Assembly: GCA_002358345.1 (NCBI GenBank)
Contig: DEOR01000024.1
Span: forward strand, 1 to 60,261
DNA: 60,261 nt
Source of the DNA: Proteobacteria bacterium UBA3413
Lineage (GTDB): Bacteria; Pseudomonadota; Gammaproteobacteria; Magnimaribacterales; D2472
Reading direction: 5' to 3'
The translations under genes were made by a program, and so were the position numbers. Below the pieces are notes generated by a model. That model was given only the letters and a program-made list of their open reading frames with translations, did not search any database and was not told where the DNA came from. This document shows, one piece after another, positions 1-9,338 of this stretch (positions within the stretch are counted from its first letter, which is position 1; every line of letters begins with the position of its first letter).

Positions 1-29
1 CTGATTCTGAAATCTTGATGCGAAGTAGC

Positions 30-542
30 TTAATCAGAGAATAAGCTAATATCTTTAATTGCAAGATCAACCTCAAAATCTCTGCCATAGCCCGCAATAC
101 TTATATCTCTAATATTCTTAGGTTTCATTGAAGCGGCGTTTAATCCATTAGTTTTTAAATCCTTGAATGCTATCCGGTAGACTTGCCATTCATTGGTCAC
201 ATCAAATGATTTGCTGAGATAAGACCAAGGAGGAATCTTGAAACCCTTGAGCGTGACATGCACTTCATAGGCTTCATTGTTGCCCTTGGCTTGAAATTGA
301 ATGCCCTGAAAATCATTGCTATTTATATCTACCCTATTAGACAGTCTGACAAAGCCCCCATTATTTTCAGTCGTGACAATTCCTGACATCGTAAACACTC
401 CATCGCGATGTGTGATGACCAAGTCAGATTTTCCGCCCATCACTTGATCAGTGATGCCTTGCCAAGTCTCAGGGTTGTTCAGGGATTTTGCAAAAGAGCT
501 CATTGATAATACTATTAAGAGGTATATTATTAACTTCATCAT
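30..542 (-). CDS. Exported CIA30 (complex I intermediate-associated protein 30-like) domain protein
   Basis: 170-aa ORF with signal-peptide-like N-terminus MMKLIIYLLIVLSMSSFA. ETWQGITDQVMGGKS motif and beta-rich body resemble the CIA30/NDUFAF1 family. Confidence 0.6.
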   Translation of the reverse strand: MMKLIIYLLIVLSMSSFAKSLNNPETWQGITDQVMGGKSDLVITHRDGVFTMSGIVTTENNGGFVRLSNRVDINSNDFQGIQFQAKGNNEAYEVHVTLKGFKIPPWSYLSKSFDVTNEWQVYRIAFKDLKTNGLNAASMKPKNIRDISIAGYGRDFEVDLAIKDISLFSD

Positions 543-571
543 GTGATTATGCCTAAAAAAAGCTCTTTTGT

Positions 572-751
572 ATGAAAGATCAAATCAAGAAAACCTTTAA
601 AAGATTTTTTGAAGATAAGAAAACATCTTTGCAAACCAAAGCCCTTGAAAGAGCAAATAATCTAACTAAACCTAGAGCAGGTACTCCTCATGATTGGGAG
701 GACTGGGAAAAATACGTTAAAGAGCATAACCTGAAGGATGACTCCAAATAA
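572..751 (+). CDS. Hypothetical small Lys/Trp-rich protein (59 aa), just under the 60-aa cutoff of the supplied ORF track
   Basis: Hand translation from ATG 572 to TAA 749-751 gives MKDQIKKTFKRFFEDKKTSLQTKALERANNLTKPRAGTPHDWEDWEKYVKEHNLKDDSK. It is the longest ORF on either strand in an otherwise unexplained 219-nt gap. No obvious Shine-Dalgarno. Confidence 0.3.
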   Translation: MKDQIKKTFKRFFEDKKTSLQTKALERANNLTKPRAGTPHDWEDWEKYVKEHNLKDDSK

Positions 752-761
752 ATAGGCTCGC

Positions 762-1949
762 TTATAGAGGCCCTTCAAAATAAATCCCAGCCTTGCTTAG
801 TCTGGAGACTAAAGAACTACCCAAGCCTGCGGCACTGGTGAGAACTCCTCCATACTCTGAGCCTCCAGGAAGACTATCAGCATCTTCGATCAAACAAAGA
901 GCACATTCAGAGACCAGTTTTGAGGTAACTTTATAGCCAGGATCACCTTTTCCATGCATATGGAACACTGATTTCTCTCCGTCTTCTGTCTCAGCAATAT
1001 ACTTGCAATCAAACCATCCATTCTCTTGTACAGCTTCTGAGGGGCCCTCTCCTGGTTTAGGCAAGAAGGGTTTAACCGCTCTTTTTAAAGGAGACATTAG
1101 CACCAAGACAGATATTCCTGTAACCATCAAAGACTTAAATGCACTAAACCAGTTTTTATGAAATGCATATTCTTGATAGGTAAAATTGGAGCCATAAGAT
1201 TCTTGTCTTAAAGCCAGCAAAGCTTCGGTTCGTCGAACCACTCTTGTATTGGCAGCTGCCATAATGAAGGGACCTGACCAGGCATTAATCTCATTTTTCT
1301 TTGCAATGCCGACCCTGTCGGCGCTTTGATCTTTTTGCTCTTGAGTATAAGAGCCCTCGGGATTCAACAAATAGGGATCTAAAAGATCATCACCTAAATC
1401 TAAATCTCCCATCGCAAACATCGTCTCAAGAGTGCCGCCGGACGCTCCACCTTGAAATGAATGAAAGGACTCAATGCGCTTAATGGGCTTATTTATTTTT
1501 TTTGCTGAATAAAAAGTTCCTAGATCTGAGGGAATGGAATCATATCCACATGAGGGAATAATTCTGATGCCCTTTGCAGATGCTTCTTCGTGATGTTTGG
1601 CAATCAGGCTTTTAACCCAGAAATTTTCACCTGTTATATCTACATAATGAGCGCTATTTTTTACACAGGATGCGACAAGCTTTGAGCCGTAGCGATGAAA
1701 TGGTCCCGTGGTGGATAAAATAACTTTGGCTCTTGAGGTGAGGATATCTAATGCCACCTCATCATCTGAATCAGCAATTAAAATTTCTACTGCCACTGAA
1801 TGATCTTGAGCTACTTGCTGGAGTTTCTCATGATTTCTCCCTGCCATTGCCCATTTCACTTCTGTGTTTAATGATTGAAAATATTTTACGCAAAGCTGGC
1901 CCGTAAAGCCTGTGGCTCCATAAATAATAATGTCTATATCTTTTTGCAT
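762..1949 (-). CDS. Saccharopine dehydrogenase-like NAD(P)-binding oxidoreductase (SCCPDH / trans-acting enoyl reductase family)
   Basis: 395 aa. N-terminal Rossmann motif IIIYGATGFTGQL. Overall layout matches saccharopine dehydrogenase NADP-binding family proteins. Confidence 0.7.
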   Translation of the reverse strand: MQKDIDIIIYGATGFTGQLCVKYFQSLNTEVKWAMAGRNHEKLQQVAQDHSVAVEILIADSDDEVALDILTSRAKVILSTTGPFHRYGSKLVASCVKNSAHYVDITGENFWVKSLIAKHHEEASAKGIRIIPSCGYDSIPSDLGTFYSAKKINKPIKRIESFHSFQGGASGGTLETMFAMGDLDLGDDLLDPYLLNPEGSYTQEQKDQSADRVGIAKKNEINAWSGPFIMAAANTRVVRRTEALLALRQESYGSNFTYQEYAFHKNWFSAFKSLMVTGISVLVLMSPLKRAVKPFLPKPGEGPSEAVQENGWFDCKYIAETEDGEKSVFHMHGKGDPGYKVTSKLVSECALCLIEDADSLPGGSEYGGVLTSAAGLGSSLVSRLSKAGIYFEGPL

Positions 1950-2027
1950 ATGCAGTCCCTCTTTTAGTAGAAATCTTAGAGCATATTTTAAGTCAAACTA
2001 GACATTGCTGTAATTTTCATTAATGAA

Positions 2028-2104
2028 TGGTGGGCCCGGGAGGACTCGAACCTCCGACCAATGGATTATGAGTCCACTGCTCTAACCGACTGAGCTACAG
2101 GCCC
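2028..2104 (-). tRNA. ileX: tRNA with CAU anticodon, most likely tRNA-Ile2 (lysidine-modified, ileX-like); elongator tRNA-Met not excluded
   Basis: The reverse complement GGGCCTGTAGCTCAGTCGGTTAGAGCAGTGGACTCATAATCCATTGGTCGGAGGTTCGAGTCCTCCCGGGCCCACCA folds as a cloverleaf: 7-bp acceptor stem, anticodon loop CTCATAA, TTCGAGT T-loop, encoded CCA. Variable loop TGGTC and the position just downstream of rpoD match E. coli ileX. Confidence 0.9.
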
Positions 2105-2109
2105 GAAAA

Positions 2110-3918
2110 CTATTCGTCTAGAAAGTTTTTCAGGTGACTTGATCTTGATGGATGTCTAAGCTTTCTTAAAGCTTTAGCTTCTATCTGACGTATTCTCTCT
2201 CTTGTCACGTCAAACTGTTTTCCAACTTCTTCAAGTGTGTGGTCTGTGTTCATGCCAATGCCAAAACGCATCCTAAGAACCTTCGCTTCTCTTGCGGTTA
2301 ATGTTGAAAGAACATCATCAGTTGCATAGTGAAGGCTGCCTTCTGTTGCATTTTGAAGCGGTGAACGAATCACTGTGTCTTCAATAAAATCACCTAAATT
2401 TGAATCTTCGTCATCTCCAATAGGGGTCTCCATAGAGATAGGCTCTTTAGCAATCTTGAGCACTTTCCTGACTTTATCTTCAGGCATATCAAGTTCTTTA
2501 CTTAACTCTTCAGGTGTTGGCTCTCTTCCCATGTCTTGCATCATCTGGCGAGAGACTCGATTAAGCTTATTAATCGTTTCAATCATGTGCACTGGAATTC
2601 TAATTGTTCTTGCTTGGTCAGCAATAGAGCGAGTAATAGCCTGTCTAATCCACCAGGTTGCATAAGTAGAAAATTTATATCCTCTTCTATACTCGAACTT
2701 ATCTACTGCCTTCATGAGGCCAATGTTACCTTCTTGAATCAGATCCAAAAATTGCAATCCTCTGTTTGTGTATTTTTTAGCAATTGATATTACCAATCGT
2801 AAGTTAGCCTCGACCATGTCTTTTTTCGCACGACGCATCTTGGTTTCGCCCATCGACATAGCTCGATTGATCTCTTTGATATCTTTAATGTTTAGACCCA
2901 CGCGTTCTTCGAGGGCTTTAATTGATTTTTGTGCAATCACAACGTCTGGTTTGATGTGCTCTAAAGATTTTTTAGAATACTTTTTATTGGTCATCAACGA
3001 ATCAATCCATTTCACTTTTGTAATATTTTCTTGAAACATTGCAATAAAATCTTTTCTAGGAATTTTTGCAGATTTGACAAAAAGATACTGGATTCTCTTT
3101 TCATGCAATCGAAGTTCCGCTAAATCTTTTCTAGCAATAAAGGCCAGGTCTTCAAACATTTTTGGCGAGAATTTTAAGAACTTAAAGATCAAGCTTAATT
3201 TAGCAAATTCAGCTTTAGCTTCTTTTGAATGTGTGCCTTTGGATTCAATCACCTTTTGTGTTTTGTTAAATTGACGCTTCAAATTCGTCAAGCGTTTTTG
3301 TACTTCAATAAGATCTGGGCCGTTATCAATCTCTTCATCGCTCTCTTCAAGCTGCTTGGCTTTCTCACTCCCGGGTCCAGCAGATGGGACTTCTTCCATT
3401 TCTTCTAAAAATCCTGTTAGCAACTCGCCTAATTTTTTTTCTTCAAGTTTGACGAGTTCATAGAAATTGATGATGTGTTCAACAATTCCAGGGTACTTAA
3501 CACTGGATGAAAGAAGATCTCTCATACCTTCCTCAATTCTTTTGGCAATTTCAATTTCGCCTTCTCTGGTCAATAGGTCTACAGTGCCCATTTCTCTCAT
3601 GTACATGCGAACAGGATCAGTGGTTCGGCCTCTCTCATTCTCTACAGCTGCCAATGCCTCGGCCGCTTGCTCGAGAGCTATCTCGTCTTGATCATCCGAT
3701 GAGTCCTCAGATAGCATCAAACTATCTGCATCAGGTGCAGTCTCATGGACTTGGAGACCTAGGTCGTTGATCATGCTGATGATTTCATCTACTTGATCTG
3801 GATCAGAAATATCCTCAGGCAGGTGGTCGTTCACATCAGAATAGGTAAGATAGCCTTGCTCTCGGCCCTTCTCAATCAACTCTGCTATTCTTGAACCTTG
3901 TTTCTTTAACTTATCCAC
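2110..3918 (-). CDS. rpoD: RNA polymerase sigma-70 factor RpoD
   Basis: 602 aa with a GTG start. Acidic region 1, region 2 motif [14 protein letters not shown], region 4.2 motif [30 protein letters not shown]. Confidence 0.98.
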   Translation of the reverse strand: MDKLKKQGSRIAELIEKGREQGYLTYSDVNDHLPEDISDPDQVDEIISMINDLGLQVHETAPDADSLMLSEDSSDDQDEIALEQAAEALAAVENERGRTTDPVRMYMREMGTVDLLTREGEIEIAKRIEEGMRDLLSSSVKYPGIVEHIINFYELVKLEEKKLGELLTGFLEEMEEVPSAGPGSEKAKQLEESDEEIDNGPDLIEVQKRLTNLKRQFNKTQKVIESKGTHSKEAKAEFAKLSLIFKFLKFSPKMFEDLAFIARKDLAELRLHEKRIQYLFVKSAKIPRKDFIAMFQENITKVKWIDSLMTNKKYSKKSLEHIKPDVVIAQKSIKALEERVGLNIKDIKEINRAMSMGETKMRRAKKDMVEANLRLVISIAKKYTNRGLQFLDLIQEGNIGLMKAVDKFEYRRGYKFSTYATWWIRQAITRSIADQARTIRIPVHMIETINKLNRVSRQMMQDMGREPTPEELSKELDMPEDKVRKVLKIAKEPISMETPIGDDEDSNLGDFIEDTVIRSPLQNATEGSLHYATDDVLSTLTAREAKVLRMRFGIGMNTDHTLEEVGKQFDVTRERIRQIEAKALRKLRHPSRSSHLKNFLDE

Positions 3919-3972
3919 TCACTGCCTCTTAATAAATATGTTCACTCTATGTGATGCCAAACTTTGAGTTTT

Positions 3973-5730
3973 TCAATCCTGGTTTGAACTTAATTTTTGT
4001 AACCAATCTCGATCATCATCTGATATCTCTTCTTTTTTTAAGATGATTTGCTGTAAATCTCTTCGCTCTGCCGATGTAATCGATCTGACATTATACTTGT
4101 CTTTCAGAATTTGCTCTCTTTCTTTTTGATTTTTTAACAAAACATTGATGCAATCTTCAATCAATTTTAGGGCATTTTCTTCGGATAAATCGAGCTCTGC
4201 AATGACAGCTTGTGAGAAATATCCTTGAATTTGCAAGGATTCAAGAGCCTCCAGTACCCTAGAAGGCTTAATGTCTGGAGTCTGCTTGTAAAGACTAATC
4301 ACATCAAATAGAAAATTAAACTTAGTATGGGCTCTAAGGCCTTCAAAAATATTTTTCTGCGCAATCGCAGGGTGTTTCAGCAAGGCGCTGAAAATATTAA
4401 TCAAGGCCTTCACTCGAACAGGCGTAGAAGGTGTGGCCGGAGCTTGATTAGAAGCTTGATTGGGCTTAAATGTTTGCTTCGGAACGTGCATGCTTTTTAC
4501 ATCCATCCCACAAAGTTGAGAAACTTCGTTTGCATAAATCTCTTTGATCACAGCATTATTAATTTTTTGAATGACTGGTATGGCAAAGGCAGCGGCTTGC
4601 GATCGACCCTCCAAAGTTTCTAAATTAAAATCTTTAACCTTGGATAAAAAATACTCTGATAAAGAAATGGATGCATCAAGTAATTTTTGAAAAGCCTGAA
4701 GCCCGAATTCATTGATGTATGAATCTGGGTCATGACTCTCATCAAAAAAAACAAAATGAATATTTACATCTTCCCTGATAATAGGAAAAGTATTTTCCAC
4801 GGCCTTCCAGGCAGCTTTGCCGCCAGCAAGATCTCCATCAAATGCAAAAAATATTTTATTGGTATAGCGCATAATCTTAGCAACATGGCTTGGCGTAACT
4901 GCTGTGCCTAGGGTGGCAACAGCATTTTTAATGCCATGCTGGTAAAGACCAATAACATCCATATACCCTTCCACCACTATCAAAGAAGAAATCTTCTTTG
5001 CTGCTTCTTTCACCTCAAATAACCCAAAGAGCTCATTCGATTTATTAAAAAAGGTGGTTTCAGGAGAGTTTAGATATTTGGGCTCACCTTGATCAATGAT
5101 CCTTCCCCCCATCGCAATAAACTCACCTTTAATATTACGAATTGGAAAAATGATCCGGCCTCTGAATCTATCGTAGAATTTATTATCCTTATGACTAAAA
5201 AGACCAGACGCTTCTAACTCATTTACAGGGATATCTTTGCCTAAATGATTGGCCAGCGCATCCCATTTATCTTCAGCAAAACCAAGGTGGAATTTCTGCG
5301 CCGTCTCTCCTGAAATATTTCTATCTTTGAGGTACTGCACTGCTTTTTCTGCGGCCTTTGATTTAAGATTTTTTTGATAAAACATCACGGCCTGCTCCAC
5401 CAAGCCACTGGGCTTAATCTTATCTTGCTTACCATTTTCGTAGGGCACTTCCAGACCAAGAGAGCTAGCCAGGGTTTCAATCGCATCCACAAAATCTAAA
5501 TTTTCATACTGCCTAAGAAAATGAATCGCGTTCCCAGACTCCTGACAAACAAAACAGTAAAAAAATTGCTTGTCTTGATTGACAGCCATCGATGGATTGG
5601 AATCATCATGAAAAGGACAAAGGCACCAAAAATTTGAGCCTTTTTTGTTGAGCTGCAGTCTTCTGCCAACCACCTCCACAATATCAGATTGATCGATGAG
5701 TTGATCAATGAAACTACTAGGAATCGACAT
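3973..5730 (-). CDS. dnaG: DNA primase DnaG
   Basis: Zinc finger CLCPFHDDSNPSMAVNQDKQFFYCFVC and TOPRIM motif VVEGYMDV. The ORF track starts at a TTG at 5751. The ATG at 5730 (MSIPSSFIDQL) is preferred; it overlaps the ruvX 3' end by 14 nt. Confidence 0.95.
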   Translation of the reverse strand: MSIPSSFIDQLIDQSDIVEVVGRRLQLNKKGSNFWCLCPFHDDSNPSMAVNQDKQFFYCFVCQESGNAIHFLRQYENLDFVDAIETLASSLGLEVPYENGKQDKIKPSGLVEQAVMFYQKNLKSKAAEKAVQYLKDRNISGETAQKFHLGFAEDKWDALANHLGKDIPVNELEASGLFSHKDNKFYDRFRGRIIFPIRNIKGEFIAMGGRIIDQGEPKYLNSPETTFFNKSNELFGLFEVKEAAKKISSLIVVEGYMDVIGLYQHGIKNAVATLGTAVTPSHVAKIMRYTNKIFFAFDGDLAGGKAAWKAVENTFPIIREDVNIHFVFFDESHDPDSYINEFGLQAFQKLLDASISLSEYFLSKVKDFNLETLEGRSQAAAFAIPVIQKINNAVIKEIYANEVSQLCGMDVKSMHVPKQTFKPNQASNQAPATPSTPVRVKALINIFSALLKHPAIAQKNIFEGLRAHTKFNFLFDVISLYKQTPDIKPSRVLEALESLQIQGYFSQAVIAELDLSEENALKLIEDCINVLLKNQKEREQILKDKYNVRSITSAERRDLQQIILKKEEISDDDRDWLQKLSSNQD

Positions 5731-6121
5731 TGTGTTCCATCCAGTTATCAAGAAAGATTTTAGCAGCTAGGTCATCTATGCGAGTGAATTTGGAATCAGG
5801 CTCAAGAAGCTGCTTGGCCTCAAAAGAGGTCAGTCTTTCATCCACGAGCTCGCAGGCAATTTTTGTCTCTGCTTGTAACTTGATATAAAAATTATTTACT
5901 TTCTTCATCATTTCGCTTGGCGTACCGTCCATGTTCAGGGGCTGCCCCACAAGCAAACGATCAGGTTTCCATTCTTCGACCAATTGTACAATGGTCCGCC
6001 AAATATCAGGGCCTTCTTGTTGTACATTTAGTATTGTCAGAGGTGAAGAAGTCCTAGTAATCGTCTGGCCAACCGCAACACCAATATGTTTAGTTCCATA
6101 ATCAAATGCTAGAATTTGCAT
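5717..6121 (-). CDS. ruvX: Putative pre-16S rRNA nuclease / Holliday junction resolvase-like protein YqgF
   Basis: 134 aa. N-terminal ILAFDYGTKHIGVAVG motif typical of the YqgF/RuvX family. Confidence 0.9.
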   Translation of the reverse strand: MQILAFDYGTKHIGVAVGQTITRTSSPLTILNVQQEGPDIWRTIVQLVEEWKPDRLLVGQPLNMDGTPSEMMKKVNNFYIKLQAETKIACELVDERLTSFEAKQLLEPDSKFTRIDDLAAKIFLDNWMEHNVDS

Positions 6122-6123
6122 AA

Positions 6124-6741
6124 TCAGGAGTTTGTAAAATTCCAGTCTCGAACAATTTCTAGCTGCTCATACTGGGAGAGCATCTCGACAGAAAATGGTT
6201 GAAACGGCGAAGACTGCCTCAGAATTCTCAGGGCCATACTGTCTAGCACTAAGTCTCCAGAAGATTGCAATATCTCGGCGGACAACAAGTTCCCCATTGC
6301 ATCGATAACTGATTTAATTTGCACTCTAAAGTTCCCTTTGGACAGGTTGGAAGATGCAATCTCATAGTAACCAGCCATTTCAATCTTCCGCTGCCAGGCG
6401 TTTAGATATACTGCTTCAAAACTATTAAGCGTGGAGTTAGCCTCAAGCCGTCTCACGCTAAACTGAGAATCTGCTTGAAGTGTTACATCTTGAGTAACCA
6501 AGGCACCTGATTTGATCTTCTGCTTAGAAGCTGACTCCTCTCCAAAAGATTGGCCTGCCATATCAAATGCTGAGTTTGCAAATTTGACGTTGACGATCGT
6601 CTCCTCTTGAAATTTCCAAGGTTGCTGAATGACCACAAAGCTAATGCCAAACAAGACAAATAAATGAAATCCTAGAGAAGCAAATAAAGATTTACGAAAA
6701 CCCCATCTGTGGATGCGCTGCTTGTAAATTAAAGGCTGCAC
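6124..6741 (-). CDS. TonB C-terminal-domain protein (N-terminal membrane anchor, no Pro-rich spacer)
   Basis: TM segment LFASLGFHLFVLFGISFVVI. C-terminal GNFRVQIKSVIDAMGNLLSAEILQSSGDLVLDSMALRIL fits the TonB_C pattern. It sits between gshB and ruvX like Pseudomonas PA0406 (recalled synteny). Confidence 0.5.
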   Translation of the reverse strand: MQPLIYKQRIHRWGFRKSLFASLGFHLFVLFGISFVVIQQPWKFQEETIVNVKFANSAFDMAGQSFGEESASKQKIKSGALVTQDVTLQADSQFSVRRLEANSTLNSFEAVYLNAWQRKIEMAGYYEIASSNLSKGNFRVQIKSVIDAMGNLLSAEILQSSGDLVLDSMALRILRQSSPFQPFSVEMLSQYEQLEIVRDWNFTNS

Positions 6742-6746
6742 AATTG

Positions 6747-7679
6747 TTAAAGGGATTCCAAAAATGTTTGAATGGGATTTTGCTGCGTTTGATTTAAGAT
6801 TTCTCTTGCCCCTGTAGGGCTCGTAATATTAATTTCTGTTAAGTAACTGCCGATCATATCAATGCCAGCAAAAGTAATGCCCTCTGCGACTAGCAGCGCT
6901 CCAATTTCCTCTCCTACTTCCTGCTGAATAGCACTTAATGCTCGCGCTTCGCCTTTGCCGCCTGCTGCAAGATTGCCTTTAAAGCTATCTCCTTGAGGGA
7001 TTCGTGCCAATGCTACGGGAAATGGTTTCCCATGAATAATTAAAATTCTATAATCACCCTCATAAATCTCTGGCAAAAAATTCTGAACCATAACCATGGT
7101 TTGAAAATTGCTAGTTAGCGCTTGAAAAATATCTAGGTCTTCAGAGGATAGATTTTCAAACTTATAAATAGACTCTCCACCCATCCCATCTAAAGGTTTT
7201 AAAATAATGATCTGATGCTTGTCTTTAAAATTCAGTAAATCTTCCTGTTTACATATCACTCTTGTATCTGGCATCCATTTACTAAACTGGAGCGCAAATA
7301 TTTTTTCATTAAATTTTTTCAATGCATCCGGATCATTCATGACCTTTGCGCCCTCTTGCTTAGCTTGAGATAGCAAATGTAGAGCATTCATATAATTCTC
7401 ATCCACAGGCGGATCTTTGCGCATATATATGAAATTAAACTCATTGAGAGGCCTTAGCCCGTCTAGGGATTGAGCTACTTGGGGTGCTAATACGGCATCT
7501 GGAATTTCAGAGACTTTTGCTTGGGTTATGCCGTCGCTATAAACTAAATCACTCATTTCGCACTGAAATATCTGCCCCTCCTGAACGGCAATTTCTTGCA
7601 TCCACAGAATAGTTGTATCTTTTTTAGCATTGAGAGCACTTAAGGGATCAGTAATAAATAGTGATGTAGAATTTTTCAT
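6747..7679 (-). CDS. gshB: Glutathione synthetase
   Basis: 310 aa ATP-grasp protein. Motifs KPLDGMGGESIYKF and EINITSPTG. Length and N-terminal domain match prokaryotic GshB. Confidence 0.9.
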   Translation of the reverse strand: MKNSTSLFITDPLSALNAKKDTTILWMQEIAVQEGQIFQCEMSDLVYSDGITQAKVSEIPDAVLAPQVAQSLDGLRPLNEFNFIYMRKDPPVDENYMNALHLLSQAKQEGAKVMNDPDALKKFNEKIFALQFSKWMPDTRVICKQEDLLNFKDKHQIIILKPLDGMGGESIYKFENLSSEDLDIFQALTSNFQTMVMVQNFLPEIYEGDYRILIIHGKPFPVALARIPQGDSFKGNLAAGGKGEARALSAIQQEVGEEIGALLVAEGITFAGIDMIGSYLTEINITSPTGAREILNQTQQNPIQTFLESL

Positions 7680-8419
7680 GAATTTTCACCGTGTAGTGTG
7701 TGCAATTTAGATAATGCAACCAAGGGAGCTGTTTCTGCTCTCAAGACATAGTGCCCAAGCCTAAAACTGGAGAGATTTCTTTTGTCTAACAACAAGCGTT
7801 CTTGTGAAGAAAACCCTGATTCTGGCCCTGTAATAAAACTGATCATTTGAGTATCACATTCACGCATGTCTCCCGATAACTTATCAGCAATTGTATCAAG
7901 TACAAATACATTCTTAGACTCTGTCTCCTGCAACACATGATCAAGGGCAGTATTTAAGTTATCAAAGTAAAGAATAGATGGCAGGTAATTGCAGCCTGAT
8001 TGCTCGCAGGCATGAATCACCGCCTCATCTATTCTGTCATGCAGTTTATCTATATCTTTTTTTACAAGAGATTGATCAAGATGATCGGGTTTAAAAAGAA
8101 TTAGAGAATTTACGCCTATTTCTACTAATTTTTGTACTAAATAAAATAAATTCTCTTTTTTGATATGGGGAATAATGGCCTGATAAGCTCGATGGTATGG
8201 ATTAAGCTCTGTGGTGTAATTCTCAACAGTGATAGAAATAGATATTTTAGTAATCTCAAGGATTGTTCCTGTGGCTAAGCCTCCATGGCCATCAAACAAT
8301 TGTAATAACTGGCCAGGCTTTACCCTTAATACCTTGGCAAGGTGATGAATTTGTTTTATGTTTGTGCAATAGATGATTGCAGAGCTTAGCTCGGCACATA
8401 ATATTCTAGGGATTCTCAT
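7676..8419 (-). CDS. rsmE: 16S rRNA (uracil1498-N3)-methyltransferase RsmE
   Basis: Start chosen at MRIPRIL, which matches the E. coli RsmE N-terminus MRIPRIY. C-terminal GPESGFS...LGHYVLRAETA SPOUT motif. The longer track ORF (to 8479) would overlap the divergent gene. Confidence 0.85.
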   Translation of the reverse strand: MRIPRILCAELSSAIIYCTNIKQIHHLAKVLRVKPGQLLQLFDGHGGLATGTILEITKISISITVENYTTELNPYHRAYQAIIPHIKKENLFYLVQKLVEIGVNSLILFKPDHLDQSLVKKDIDKLHDRIDEAVIHACEQSGCNYLPSILYFDNLNTALDHVLQETESKNVFVLDTIADKLSGDMRECDTQMISFITGPESGFSSQERLLLDKRNLSSFRLGHYVLRAETAPLVALSKLHTLHGENS

Positions 8420-8446
8420 AATTTCATTATAATCGGTATTTTTCAT

Positions 8447-9007
8447 ATGACTCAAACTCACATTATTCTTGTTAGGCACGGCGAAGCAGCTTCTTTATGG
8501 TCCGAGCATCATGACCCTGGTCTCAGCGCTGATGGAATTGCTCAGGCTGATAGGGTTAGTAAAACTTTTGGGGGGAAATTTTTATCCTACAAGTTATGTT
8601 CTAGCCCTAAAAGCAGAGCCATAGAGACAATGAAACCTATCGCACTAGAACAAGCAAAAGAATTTATTATTCAGGATATTTTTAGCGAGATTCCATCTCA
8701 CGATATTCAGAGCGAACATAAGCAGGAATGGCTACAGAATATATTTCAATTGCCATTAGAGGAGTTACCTGAATCGGTCAAAGTGTGGAGACAAGATTTA
8801 ATTCAATGGCTTGAATCCTGCGCTGATAATGCAATTATCACAACGCACTTTATGGTAATTAATGCTTTAGTTTCATATCTCACCAAACAAAATACCATTG
8901 CTTACTTTTATCCAGGTTATGCCTCTAGAACTGAAATATGGTTAAAAGGTGGCTCATTAATCAAGCTAAAGCTGGGTGATGATAAAAAAACTGTAATTAA
9001 TTTGTAA
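8447..9007 (+). CDS. Histidine phosphatase superfamily (branch 1) protein
   Basis: 186 aa. Catalytic ILVRHGEA (RHG) motif near the N-terminus and a later TTHF histidine. Confidence 0.7.
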   Translation: MTQTHIILVRHGEAASLWSEHHDPGLSADGIAQADRVSKTFGGKFLSYKLCSSPKSRAIETMKPIALEQAKEFIIQDIFSEIPSHDIQSEHKQEWLQNIFQLPLEELPESVKVWRQDLIQWLESCADNAIITTHFMVINALVSYLTKQNTIAYFYPGYASRTEIWLKGGSLIKLKLGDDKKTVINL

Positions 9008-9068
9008 ATACGGTTGAGCAATTTTTAATCAGCTGTAAACTTTAGTCTTTACGCAGTAAGCGCATAAC

Positions 9069-9338
9069 ATGGCTCATAAATCAGATAATAAAAACTCCAA
9101 GTCTAAGACCTTAAGCGAACAGGTAAAAAAGGCTATGAGCAAATATTTTAAGGCTTTGGATGACATAGAGCCTGCGAACGTTTATGAGATGGTTATGGGA
9201 GAGGTGGAACCAGAGCTCTTAAGGGCTGTGATGAAGTTTGCAAATAATAATCAATCAAAAGCTGCCATCATGCTCGGCCTCAATCGCGCAACATTAAGAA
9301 AGAAACTTCAGCACTACAATATCTTGGAAAAACCATGA
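9069..9338 (+). CDS. fis: DNA-binding protein Fis
   Basis: 89 aa. C-terminal HTH NQSKAAIMLGLNRATLRKKLQHYNI. Located directly upstream of purH as in pseudomonads. Confidence 0.9.
   Translation: MAHKSDNKNSKSKTLSEQVKKAMSKYFKALDDIEPANVYEMVMGEVEPELLRAVMKFANNNQSKAAIMLGLNRATLRKKLQHYNILEKP

Noticed and set aside
2375-3770. Stack of six plus-strand ORFs (66-96 aa) antisense to rpoD
   Set aside because: The rpoD reading frame, with unmistakable sigma70 motifs, explains the whole region. The antisense peptides are low-complexity Ser/Leu/Ile-rich mirrors of an acidic, Lys-rich gene. They have no ribosome-binding sites and overlap one another in different frames.
3911-3918. DnaA-box-like TTATCCAC at the dnaG-rpoD junction
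   Set aside because: It is the reverse complement of the first codons of rpoD (GTG GAT AA). It is a single 8-mer with no cluster of boxes or AT-rich unwinding element, so it is not an origin or a convincing regulatory site.
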